Below, in pieces: positions 51,357 to 63,923 of a DNA stretch of 64,000 nucleotides. The translations under genes were made by a program, and so were the position numbers. The notes beneath the pieces were generated by a model, which worked only from the letters and a program-made list of their open reading frames with translations, was not told the origin of the DNA and ran no database searches. Position 1 is the first letter of the stretch. Each line of letters begins with the position of its first letter. The DNA comes from an uncultured Verrucomicrobiae bacterium (GTDB lineage: Bacteria > Verrucomicrobiota > Verrucomicrobiia > Palsa-1439): contig CAWEWF010000005.1 of assembly GCA_963812605.1 (NCBI GenBank), forward strand, positions 288,001-352,000. The letters are read 5' to 3'.

Positions 51357-52559
51357 TCATTTCGCGCTTTCAAGATCGAGCAGGCAATGAGGTACATCAT
51401 CAAGAGCCAGCATATTCACATTCCCCATAACTGCGACTGGGTATTCCCCATCCTTTTGTGGCTCAATCCACACGAGCCAAAAGTAGTGTTCCGTATGCTC
51501 AATCACCCTACTACCGACGGTGAGCAATGCGTATTTTTTGCCTTTGGACACCTTGAAGGAAAACTGCCCGTCAGCATCAGTCGTGGTTGTGTGCAGTGGC
51601 GACCCAAGTTGTGAAAAAAAGTATGGCAAGTCCGTTTCTGGCTTCAAGCCATCCAAAATCGACTTGGTAACCTTTTCCAGTTGTTTAACCCTCTCGGTAT
51701 CAGCATCGTTGCGTGAAGTGAGGGCTGAAATTTCGTTTTCCGCCACAGTCAATTCAGTTTGTATTGGTTTGTCGGCATCTGCGTTCCGGGTCATCTCTAT
51801 GGCGACAGCGACATCTCGGTTGCTGGTAAACAGTTTTTCCTCCAAATCACGCGTGGCGGTCAGTTTTGCCAATTTGGCTGAGTAAATCCCAAGAATACCC
51901 CCGTCATCAAAACGATATGCGGAAGGTTGCGCAACAGTTGTCGTGGTCGTCCCACCAAGGGCACGATAAGTTCCAGAATGGCGCCAACTTTCACCGCTGA
52001 GTTGCTGTTGCGACGCGGCATTAGATTGAACCTGTTGCTGATGTAACTTTTCCTGGGCTGAATTCATTTCCGAAACCTGTTCCTCGGCTTGGGCGACCTG
52101 TTGTGCCTTCCGATCCTCCAGGTTTCTCGCGTTCTCCTCGTACCACTTGTCCCACTTGGCAATAGAGTCATCATTGGACTTGTTAATGGCATCAAGGCGC
52201 TGATTCAGCCCGTCCTCGTTGATTTTCAACTTCAACTTGTCCGCATCTACCAAGTTGTGGTCCGCGGCAATCATAACAGTGGTTTCAGTGATATTCTTCT
52301 GAAGACCGTCAATGCTTCGATGAATCTCGGCAAGATGTGGCTGGGCTGAAATTCCTTTCTGCTCCATTTGCGCCAAATAGGTCACAATATTTGTCTGAAA
52401 ATGAATGATCGTTTGCTCGTCATAGATTGAAATGGGGAGACCGGCCAAGCGAACCGACTGCCCGGAATTTACCACGACAAACACCTGCCCTTTCACAACC
52501 CGCCTTGAACAGCCGGTAAGGCAGACTAAGGCCAGCAACAATGAGATTGCGTCATTCAT
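51357..52559 (-). CDS. Lower-GC lipoprotein with a long coiled coil inside a split beta-domain
   Basis: LTG-C lipobox; Q/E/K-rich heptads; TTTDADGQFSF motif. Confidence 0.75.
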   Translation of the reverse strand: MNDAISLLLALVCLTGCSRRVVKGQVFVVVNSGQSVRLAGLPISIYDEQTIIHFQTNIVTYLAQMEQKGISAQPHLAEIHRSIDGLQKNITETTVMIAADHNLVDADKLKLKINEDGLNQRLDAINKSNDDSIAKWDKWYEENARNLEDRKAQQVAQAEEQVSEMNSAQEKLHQQQVQSNAASQQQLSGESWRHSGTYRALGGTTTTTVAQPSAYRFDDGGILGIYSAKLAKLTATRDLEEKLFTSNRDVAVAIEMTRNADADKPIQTELTVAENEISALTSRNDADTERVKQLEKVTKSILDGLKPETDLPYFFSQLGSPLHTTTTDADGQFSFKVSKGKKYALLTVGSRVIEHTEHYFWLVWIEPQKDGEYPVAVMGNVNMLALDDVPHCLLDLESAK

Positions 52560-52648
52560 TGCCCGATTCGGATAGTGTCAGACCGACGAGCAAAGTCGTC
52601 CATGCGCTCAGGCTACGCACAGGGATAGCCACAGTCAAACCGATTCCA

Positions 52649-52801
52649 CTACTTCAAACGCTTCGCCAGTTCCTTGAGGTTGGTTGCCGCGTCTTCGATG
52701 CCCAGGAGGTCCACGGCATCGACTTCCGCCTCGGCGGCTTCCAGCAGGGATTTGTCCATCTCCACGTTTACCACATCCAAGTATTTCCTGATCGTGGTCA
52801 T
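52649..52801 (-). CDS. 50-aa acidic helical protein (absent from the ORF track)
   Basis: MTTIRKYLDVVNVEMDKSLLEAAEAEVDAVDLLGIEDAATNLKELAKRLK; GC3-rich codons; paralogous fragment nearby. Confidence 0.6.
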   Translation of the reverse strand: MTTIRKYLDVVNVEMDKSLLEAAEAEVDAVDLLGIEDAATNLKELAKRLK

Positions 52802-53019
52802 GGTCGGCTGGGGGCGTGAATATTAGCGCAGATTCTTTTGCGGGGCGATAAGGAAAACCGGGGCGGGGTAGACGGGGAGGGGAACAACGGCAAGCGGGCC
52901 GCTTGCCCTACAATTAACTTGGGAACGGGAGGGGCAACGAGGCCGGACGCCTGTTCAACTGGGAAGATCTGCGCTTCACAGAAACGCAGCTACACCAACA
53001 AGGGCGACAGGCGACGGCT

Positions 53020-53315
53020 TATCGTAAAACGATAATTTTGCTGGACGTGGTGGTGGGGGAGGGGTATAGTCGGTGCGATTCTTTGACACGGGGAAAGCGG
53101 CAAATACCCTCACCTCAATCCTTTGCTCCGAACTCCGAGTCGGAGTTCGTGGCGTCTCGCTGCTCGGCTCCCCCAAGGGGAGAGGAGGCGGCGCAAAACA
53201 TGTGTTTCTGCGAAACGAACCCGTTTTGGATCGGTGCTGTTTTGGGTGGAAGTAAAAGGGCGATAGGCAGTTAGGAGGTCACAGCTTGTTTTTGCAAACG
53301 GGTTCGTTTTTTGGA
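53020..53315 (+). other. Repeated non-coding module, copy 2
   Basis: TATCG-N5-CGATA, TGGACG-N17-TATAGT, stem 53212-53226/53296-53310. Confidence 0.7.
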
Positions 53316-53396
53316 CTTCAGCCTCGGCGCGACCGGCGGTCACGCCCTACCTCGGAAGACGCCGCGTCGGGGACGCGGCCTATAACTGGTTCTATC

Positions 53397-54122
53397 TCAT
53401 TGCCCGGGGAGGACTTTTTTGAGGTTGTTGAACAAGCCTCCGACGACGTTCGTGGCGCCTTTGAGGGCTTCGCCGGCGACGTTGGTGACGTTGCCAAGGT
53501 CTTTCTTTAGATCGTCGGGCTTGATGCCGATGTCCGGCAGGGGAACGCTGCCGGCGATGGTGAGGAGGACGAGTCGGGTGATGTCGGTGGAGTCGTTGAT
53601 GTTCTTGTACGTGCGCTGGAGGTTAAGGGTGAGCGTGCGCTCCGTGGGCTTGGCGCGGCTGTAGTCCTTGATGGTGACGGTGCCGACCTGGATGCGCAAC
53701 TGGTCGATCTGATATTTTGCGGAAGATTTGGAGTCGCCACCAGAGACGACGCCTTTGAGCTTCATGGCATTGGAGTCACCCTTGTCGTTCTTCACGATCA
53801 CGAGTTGCTTGATGTTGATGAGCATGTCGTTGATGTGGGGCGTGCCGCTGAGCATGGAGCCGAGACGGTAATCGACATAAAGCTCGGGCATATCGACGAA
53901 CATTCTCTCCTGAAACTCGGGCGGGTTCATCAGCGTGAGATCGCGAACATCCAGTTTGCTGGAGAAGAGGCCGACATCGACGGAGCCGATTTTCAGGGGG
54001 AAGCCCGTGACTTTTTTAGCGCCGACCTCGACGGAGACACGGGCGATGAAATTGCGGGAGAGGAAAAGAACCACCAGAAGAACGACCAACCCGGCAGGGA
54101 CGATCCAAAGGAGCTTTTTCAT
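53397..54122 (-). CDS. AsmA-like membrane-anchored protein
   Basis: N-terminal TM, LTLMNPPEF, beta-rich body, amphipathic tail. Confidence 0.7.
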   Translation of the reverse strand: MKKLLWIVPAGLVVLLVVLFLSRNFIARVSVEVGAKKVTGFPLKIGSVDVGLFSSKLDVRDLTLMNPPEFQERMFVDMPELYVDYRLGSMLSGTPHINDMLINIKQLVIVKNDKGDSNAMKLKGVVSGGDSKSSAKYQIDQLRIQVGTVTIKDYSRAKPTERTLTLNLQRTYKNINDSTDITRLVLLTIAGSVPLPDIGIKPDDLKKDLGNVTNVAGEALKGATNVVGGLFNNLKKVLPGQ

Positions 54123-54165
54123 ATTCCAGTGTTACCGCGTTTTGTCCGCGCAATCAAGCCACGGA

Positions 54166-57349
<3,184 letters not shown>

Positions 57350-57395
57350 TGGGATTGCAGTGTAGCACAACCCCGGCGCGTGACAAGGCCCGCCG

Positions 57396-57968
57396 TCAGC
57401 GTTGCACTTCGGCGTAGCGGAAGCAGGTGATGAGGTGATCGTTAACCAAGCCGGCCGCCTGCATGAAGGCGTAGCAGATGGTCGAGCCGCAGAAGTTGAA
57501 TCCGCGCCGTTTCATGTCCTTGCTCATCGCGTCGGACTCTTTGGACGTGGCGGCGATTTCTTTCATCGACCGGAGGCGGTTGACGCGCGGTTTGCCATCG
57601 ACAAACTGCCAGATGTAACGGTCGAAAGAACCGAATTCATCGCGCACCTTCAGGAGCGCCTGCGCGTTCGTGACCGCCGAACGCACCTTCAATCGGTTGC
57701 GAATGATGCCCGGATTCGCGAGCAGTTTCTCGATGCGTTTCTCCGTGTAGCGCGCCACCTTCTCCGCGTCGAAGTTGTCGAATGCTTTCCGGTAATTCTC
57801 GCGCTTGAGCAGCACCGTGCGCCAACTCAGGCCCGCCTGCGCCGCATCGAGCACGAGGAACTCAAAGAGCTTGCGGTCATCATGCACCGGCACGCCCCAT
57901 TCGGTGTCGTGATACGCGATCATCGTAGGATGGTCGAGAGACCAGCCGCAGCGAACTGGTTCAAGCAT
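57396..57968 (-). CDS. tag: DNA-3-methyladenine glycosylase I
   Basis: RCGW, YHDTEWG, QAGLSW, GIIRNRLK, FMQAAGLVNDH. Confidence 0.95.
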   Translation of the reverse strand: MLEPVRCGWSLDHPTMIAYHDTEWGVPVHDDRKLFEFLVLDAAQAGLSWRTVLLKRENYRKAFDNFDAEKVARYTEKRIEKLLANPGIIRNRLKVRSAVTNAQALLKVRDEFGSFDRYIWQFVDGKPRVNRLRSMKEIAATSKESDAMSKDMKRRGFNFCGSTICYAFMQAAGLVNDHLITCFRYAEVQR

Positions 57969-58038
57969 GCCGCGAGTTTACCAAATTGGCAGTGCGCAGT
58001 GCGAGGCCCTTTCAAGGGCGGTAGCGGTTTTTATTGGA

Positions 58039-58440
58039 TCAATGATGGGGAACGCTTATGGTCCAGAGGACCCACCCCGGCGGAATCACGTCCGTGCAAT
58101 CGAATCCGGTTGTCCACTCGACTGCATTGGCGAGAATCCACAAAGCTGCGAGTGGCAGCAGCACGTAACGAAACAGGAAACCTGCGCGTCGCCTGGAAGC
58201 GGTCCGAGATTCCACAACGGTCGCTTCGGACGGCAGGTAAGCCAGTTTCCAATTCGGATAATGTTTTGCTCTCCAATCATACAAGGCTGTAGGCAAGCCG
58301 ATATCACGGCCAGCCTTTTCGCTTTCGAGCCACTTGTGCCGGAGGATTTCTTCGGTCGGCGGCCTCGGCTTTCCGAACGCAATGATTAATAATTCGTCTA
58401 CGTTTTCAACGGGATGAGTTACATCCTGGATCGTATTCAT
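58039..58440 (-). CDS. DUF4032-like domain protein with C-terminal TM segment
   Basis: EEILRHKWLESEKAGRDIG..ALYDW..H; FLFRYVLLPLAALWILA. Confidence 0.75.
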   Translation of the reverse strand: MNTIQDVTHPVENVDELLIIAFGKPRPPTEEILRHKWLESEKAGRDIGLPTALYDWRAKHYPNWKLAYLPSEATVVESRTASRRRAGFLFRYVLLPLAALWILANAVEWTTGFDCTDVIPPGWVLWTISVPHH

Positions 58441-58790
58441 CTTCCTGCCCCCCACGGTTGGTTGTTACTTTCTCCTTGACGTGCATACCCCCAACATTTT
58501 CCATGCCGGACGCAGTTTCCAAGCGAGGATGCGGCTCTGCTCGGTCGAAAAACTGGCGAAATCTGGACAGGCTGGCCTGCTATCGCCAGTCGCAGTTGGA
58601 TGCAAGGCTGTTGGACGGAGACAAGCATATTTCCAAAGCGACTCCGTCGGATTGGTTTCATTCCTTCGCATCTGGGACTAAAGTGTTTGGGATTGGATCA
58701 GAGGAAGCGGCATGCCGATGGGTGATTTCTACTCGACAAGGGGCTCATTTCCAGCTAAATACGGCCACATAAGGAGGTGGGATTTCCACC

Positions 58791-59768
58791 ATGACAAAGA
58801 AGGCGTTGGGCAGGGGACTGGATGCATTAATCAGTGGCGGGGTCGTTCGCAGCGTGGCGGCCGAACCTCCTCATGTTGAAGTTGCCATCGCACTTCCCGC
58901 GACGAACGTGGTCCAACCACTCGGCACCAGATCCGCCAGCACTGTCGGCGAGAGCAACGGCAACGCCGTTCTTCATCTCGACATTGACACCATTGAGCGC
59001 AGCCGCTTCCAGCCGCGCACCGATTTTGACCCGGAGCAACTTCGCGAGCTGGCCGATTCCATCAAACAACGCGGCGTTATCCAGCCATTGCTGGTGCGAC
59101 CGTTTATTGGGACCGATGGCATGCGCCGCCATGAACTGATTGCCGGCGAACGCCGCTGGCGGGCGGCACGGGAAGCGGGGCTGACGACGATCCCCGCCAT
59201 CGTCCGCGAGGCGAACGACCAGGAAGCGCTTGAGATCGCGCTCATCGAAAACCTGCAACGTGAAGATCTCAATGCGGTCGAGGAAGCGCGAGCGTACGAA
59301 CAGCTTTCCACGCAGTTCAAACTCACGCAGGAACAAATCGCCGAAAAAGTGGGCCGCAGCCGTGCGGCGGTGGCGAACTCGGTGCGGCTGCTCGGATTGC
59401 CGGGGGAAGTGCAGTCGTGGATTGCCGACAACCGGCTCAGCGTGGGCCACGCCAAGGCGATTTTGGGGTTGGCCAATCCGTCTGAGCAGCGGCTGGTTGC
59501 CGAGCGCGTGCTGAAGCGCAATCTCACGGTGCGCGAGACGGAACGGCTCGTGGAACAACTCAAGGGCGAAGCGAAAGTTCGCGCGCGCACGCTCGGTGGA
59601 GTTGCGAAATCCACGCATGTCCTCGCGGTTGAAGAGCGGTTGCAGCAGAAGCTCGGCACCCACGTCAGTGTGTATCACGGCAAGAAAAAGGGGCGCATCG
59701 AGATCGAGTATTACGGGAACGATGATCTCGCGCGCCTGCTCGGTATCCTCGGTATCGACAATCTCTAG
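58791..59768 (+). CDS. parB: Chromosome partitioning protein ParB/Spo0J
   Basis: LGRGLDAL, QPR, GVIQP, IAGERRWRA, ENLQREDL, HTH; SD AAGGAGG. Confidence 0.95.
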   Translation: MTKKALGRGLDALISGGVVRSVAAEPPHVEVAIALPATNVVQPLGTRSASTVGESNGNAVLHLDIDTIERSRFQPRTDFDPEQLRELADSIKQRGVIQPLLVRPFIGTDGMRRHELIAGERRWRAAREAGLTTIPAIVREANDQEALEIALIENLQREDLNAVEEARAYEQLSTQFKLTQEQIAEKVGRSRAAVANSVRLLGLPGEVQSWIADNRLSVGHAKAILGLANPSEQRLVAERVLKRNLTVRETERLVEQLKGEAKVRARTLGGVAKSTHVLAVEERLQQKLGTHVSVYHGKKKGRIEIEYYGNDDLARLLGILGIDNL

Positions 59769-59789
59769 CGGCGCTCGCCGAGTGCCGAA

Positions 59790-60905
59790 ATGGACGACCT
59801 CAGCCAACAGCAACGCGCCAAACGTTACGAGGCGATCCACAACCTTCTCTTCGTGGTGGAGACGGTTTACACGATCTTGTTGCTGGTCGCATTTCTCGGC
59901 TGGAAGGGTTCGGACATTCTGGCCAACGCGGCGCAATCCATTTCGCCGAATCCATGGATTCATGTGGCGATTTACGGCGCCGTGGTCGTCATCGCGACCA
60001 AGCTGCTGTTTTTGCCGCTCAATTATTACGGCGATTATCATCTCGAACATAAATTTGGGCTTTCCAACGAAAACCTCGGTGCGTGGGCGTTCGATGAACT
60101 GAAGTCCCTCGGGTTGAATTTGCTCCTGAGTGTCGCGTTGCTGGACGTTTTGTATTTCGTTCTGCGACGCGCCGGAGACTGGTGGTGGGTCGGCGCGGGG
60201 CTTTGTTTCCTGGTGTTCGGGGTGGTGATGTCGGCGTTGTTTCCCGTGCTGATTCTCCCGTTGTTCTACAAATTGCAACCCTTGGAGAATGAGTCACTGC
60301 GCGAGAAACTTACGGCGCTTGCGCAACGGGTTGGCGCGAAGGTTCTCGGTGTTTATCGAATGGGAATGAGCGAGAAGACGAAGAAAGCCAACGCGGCCTT
60401 TGCGGGACTCGGCAGCACCAAGCGCATCATTCTCGGCGATACCTTGCTGGATAAATTTGCGGAGGACGAAATTGAGGTGGTCATGGCCCACGAGATGGCG
60501 CACTACAAGCACGGCGACATTACGAAAATGATCGCCTGGGGGGCGGTGACGACCTTCCTCGGGCTCAAGGTTGCCGATCTCGGGTTGCATTGGGGCATGG
60601 TCAAACTCGGCTATGCGCATGTGTGGGACATCGCCGCGTTTCCATTGTTGGCCTTGTGCCTGTTTATTTTTGGGCTGGTGGCGATGCCGCTGAACAACGT
60701 CTTCTCCCGTTCGCGTGAATGGAAAGCCGACGCCACGGCACTGGAGTTGACTTCAAATCGGGATGCTTTCATTCGCGCCATGCGCAAGCTCGCGGAACAG
60801 AACCTCGCGGATCTTTCACCGCATCCGCTGGTGGAGTTTCTCCTGCACGATCATCCGTCGCTTGCGCGGCGCATTGCCTGGGCCGAACAATGGCAAAACG
60901 ACTAG
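59790..60905 (+). CDS. M48 (Ste24-like) membrane zinc metalloprotease
   Basis: NAAFAG..KRIILGDTL, HEMAH, EWKAD, HPSL..R. Confidence 0.92.
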   Translation: MDDLSQQQRAKRYEAIHNLLFVVETVYTILLLVAFLGWKGSDILANAAQSISPNPWIHVAIYGAVVVIATKLLFLPLNYYGDYHLEHKFGLSNENLGAWAFDELKSLGLNLLLSVALLDVLYFVLRRAGDWWWVGAGLCFLVFGVVMSALFPVLILPLFYKLQPLENESLREKLTALAQRVGAKVLGVYRMGMSEKTKKANAAFAGLGSTKRIILGDTLLDKFAEDEIEVVMAHEMAHYKHGDITKMIAWGAVTTFLGLKVADLGLHWGMVKLGYAHVWDIAAFPLLALCLFIFGLVAMPLNNVFSRSREWKADATALELTSNRDAFIRAMRKLAEQNLADLSPHPLVEFLLHDHPSLARRIAWAEQWQND

Positions 60906-61801
60906 GCCTAATCCTCATCGTTGGGATCATCTGTGGCTGCGGCGGGTCGCGACCGCCGCCGCCCATTCCCTGGCAACAATACAGCGGCGAACGGGCCTAC
61001 CAGCATGTTGAAAAACTGGTCGGATACGGAGCGCGGCCCAGCGGAAGCGATGCGCTGGGACGCGCGGCCACATACATCAAGGCGCAACTGGAGGAGTATG
61101 GGCTGACCGTCGAAGACCAGGTCTTCATCGCGCAAACGCCCCTGGGTCCGAAGCAATTTCGAAACATCGTGGCCAAAACACGCGTGCAACCGGGTGGTCC
61201 CAATCGCGTGATCATTATCGGCTCGCACTACGACACGAAGTTCTTCACGAACATCACCTTCGTCGGCGCCAACGACGGCGGCTCAAGCTCGGGCGCACTG
61301 CTGGAGATCGCGCGCATCGCCGCCGAGCAACCGAGCCTATGGTTCGTATTCTTCGACGGCGAGGAGGCCATGGTACAGTACGGCGATGAGGATGGGTTGT
61401 GGGGCAGCAAGTTCTTCGTCGAAGATCTCAAGGGGAAGAACCAGGTCGGCCAGGTCAAAGCGATGGTGTTACTCGACATGATCGGCGACAAGAACTTGAA
61501 TGTCACCGTCAACGGCTCGCTCATTTCGCCAGCGTTTGACGCTTCGCGCGCTGCTGGTTTCCGCGACTATTTCGCCTACGGGGGAAACGGGATGCTCGAC
61601 GACCACGTACCGTTCATGCGCGTCGGAATCCCGGCGGTTGATCTGATCGATTTCGAATTCGGGAGTAAGCCAGGGCTGAACGATTACTGGCACACGGAGA
61701 AGGACACGCTCGACAAGATCAGCCCGCGCAGCCTGGAGATCGTCGGAAAGACCACGCTGCGGCTTGTCGAACTCCTTCAGAATCAAGCGACTGCCCATTG
61801 A
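60890..61801 (+). CDS. M28 family lipoprotein, glutaminyl cyclase-like
   Basis: Lipobox-like ICG-C; SHYDTK, GANDGGS, FFDGEE, LLDMIG, DDHVPF, YWHT. Confidence 0.85.
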   Translation: MAKRLGLILIVGIICGCGGSRPPPPIPWQQYSGERAYQHVEKLVGYGARPSGSDALGRAATYIKAQLEEYGLTVEDQVFIAQTPLGPKQFRNIVAKTRVQPGGPNRVIIIGSHYDTKFFTNITFVGANDGGSSSGALLEIARIAAEQPSLWFVFFDGEEAMVQYGDEDGLWGSKFFVEDLKGKNQVGQVKAMVLLDMIGDKNLNVTVNGSLISPAFDASRAAGFRDYFAYGGNGMLDDHVPFMRVGIPAVDLIDFEFGSKPGLNDYWHTEKDTLDKISPRSLEIVGKTTLRLVELLQNQATAH

Positions 61802-61892
61802 TTCGGCTTGCGGCTTGCTTTACTATAGGTCGTGAAGGAAATGAGCGTCAGCGCTCTGGTTGAAATGGTGCAGCGGCGGGAAGGATTGCGGC

Positions 61893-63875
61893 ATGGAGGA
61901 CAAGTTCCAAGTACTTGAGAACGTGCCAGTTCTGGCCAGCCTTGGCAAGGAATTGATGAAAGGCCTGGCCGAGCGCGCTGAATTTGTCGCCGTCAAAAAA
62001 GGCGACCTTATCGTGCGCGAAAATGACCCTGGCGACGCGCTTTACGTCGTTGTTTCGGGTCGACTTCAGGCTTACACCCGGCTCAAGAGCGGACGGGACC
62101 GCATTTTCGCCACCTATTGTGACGGCGATTGTTTTGGCGAGATGCCGCTGCTCAGTGGTGAAACGCATTGGGCGAATGTGCGCGCGCTCAACGATTCGAT
62201 GCTCCTGAAGATCCCGCGCGAGGATTTCGATTCCGTGGTCAATCGCGACCCGCGCGTGGCGGTCAGCTTCAGTCAACGGCTCGGTCATCGCATCAAGGAA
62301 CTTCGTGAAGAGAAACATCGCGCCAAGCGGAGCACGATCATCTCGCTCTACGGTTCCCTGCCCGACACCGGGAAAACGACCCTCGCGCACAACCTGACCG
62401 CGAGCCTCGCCCACGAAACGCACGAACCCGTGTTGCTTCTCGATTTCACCGGCACGCAGCGTGGCGTGCCGTTGTTGAAGTGCGAACGCCTCGATTTTCG
62501 CGGGGGCCTCGGGTTGCAGGACATCACGTTGCATTCCGCGCTCGGTTACGACCGCTTGAATCTGGACCTCGTGGGCGACGAACGCGAGATCGCGCTCATC
62601 GCACCCGTATTCGGCCACCTGGTGAAGCAGTACGACTACGTGATTTGTGATCTTCCCAATACCGTCTCCGCGTCCGTCTTCGCCTGCCTCGTGCAATCGG
62701 ACCAGGTGTTCGTTATCGCCAAGTACGACGACGAGCACCTGTACCGCACGAGGTTGTTGCTGGAGGATTTCCGTTCCCACGCGGCGGCGCGAGAGCCGCA
62801 GGTGCGGGTGATTCTCACGGCAGTTGGTGACGCCAGCGCGCCGTACGTGGAAGAAGCCGAGCGGAAGGTTGGGCAACCGATCGCGTATCTCCTGCGCTGG
62901 ATTCCCGAATCCGAGATCGTCGAGGCCGTGGATGGAACTCCGTACGCGATTCGGAAGCCGATGGAGCCATATGGCCTGGTGGTGCGTCGTATGGCGCGCG
63001 AATTGGGCAACGTGCTGGTCGGGCTGGCGCTGGGCACGGGTGGCGCGCGCGGTCTGGCGCACATCGGGGTCATCCGGGTGTTGGAACGAGAGGGGATTGC
63101 CATCGACATGGTCGCGGGCAGCTCGATGGGCGCGCTCATCGCGGCGGCGTGGGCGGTCGGCAAGAACGCCGACGAGATGGAGGAGATCGCCAAGCAGATC
63201 CGCAACAAGCGCACGTTCCTGAAATTGCTGGACCCGATGTTTCCCGGCGCGGGCATTTTTCGCGGCATCAAGGTGTATAATTTCCTGCATTCGATCGTGG
63301 ACGGCTTGACGTTTGCCGACACGCTCATTCCATTGAAGATCGTCGCCAGTGACATCAACACGTTGGAAGAAGTTGTCTTCGAAGACGGCAAGCTCATCGA
63401 TGCGATTCGCGCGAGCATCACGATTCCGGGTGTCTTCCGTCCCGTGGTGACCAACGGTCACACGCTGATCGACGGCGGCATCACGGATCCCGTGCCGGTG
63501 CAAGTGCTGGCGCACGCGGGCGTCGCGAAGATCATCGCCGTGAATACCATTCCCAATGTCGACGAGATGAAACAGCGCGAGCGCTACCGCAACGAGATGT
63601 CGCTGGCGTCCCGGAAGGAGCGCAAGGGCGGAATGCGGGAAACGGGGCCGGTCGTGGAAACGCCGACCAGCCTGATCAATGTGTACATGCGTTCGATGCA
63701 CGCGATGCAGTCGCGCATGGCGGAGGTGGCCTGTAATAATGCCGACGTGGTGATCCGCCCGATCCTCGCGGACAGCGTATGGTATGACTTTTATCATCCC
63801 GAGCGCTACATTCGCTGCGGGGAAGAGGCGGCGCAGGCCGCGTTGCCCTTGCTGAAGGGGTTGGTGGGCGTATGA
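61893..63875 (+). CDS. cNMP-binding + deviant P-loop (MinD/ParA-like) + patatin phospholipase
   Basis: FGEMPLL (CNBD); DTGKTT, VLLLD, ICDLP; GTGGARG, GSSMG, DGG. Confidence 0.88.
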   Translation: MEDKFQVLENVPVLASLGKELMKGLAERAEFVAVKKGDLIVRENDPGDALYVVVSGRLQAYTRLKSGRDRIFATYCDGDCFGEMPLLSGETHWANVRALNDSMLLKIPREDFDSVVNRDPRVAVSFSQRLGHRIKELREEKHRAKRSTIISLYGSLPDTGKTTLAHNLTASLAHETHEPVLLLDFTGTQRGVPLLKCERLDFRGGLGLQDITLHSALGYDRLNLDLVGDEREIALIAPVFGHLVKQYDYVICDLPNTVSASVFACLVQSDQVFVIAKYDDEHLYRTRLLLEDFRSHAAAREPQVRVILTAVGDASAPYVEEAERKVGQPIAYLLRWIPESEIVEAVDGTPYAIRKPMEPYGLVVRRMARELGNVLVGLALGTGGARGLAHIGVIRVLEREGIAIDMVAGSSMGALIAAAWAVGKNADEMEEIAKQIRNKRTFLKLLDPMFPGAGIFRGIKVYNFLHSIVDGLTFADTLIPLKIVASDINTLEEVVFEDGKLIDAIRASITIPGVFRPVVTNGHTLIDGGITDPVPVQVLAHAGVAKIIAVNTIPNVDEMKQRERYRNEMSLASRKERKGGMRETGPVVETPTSLINVYMRSMHAMQSRMAEVACNNADVVIRPILADSVWYDFYHPERYIRCGEEAAQAALPLLKGLVGV

Positions 63876-63883
63876 AGCGGAAT

Positions 63884-63923
63884 CCCCTCACCCTAACCCT
63901 CTCCCCCAACAAGGGGAGAGGGG
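63884..63923 (+). repeat. CCCTCACC-type palindromic repeat
   Basis: CCCCTCACCCTAACCCTCTCCCC..GGGGAGAGGGG; related, interrupted copy at 53107-53188. Confidence 0.7.
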
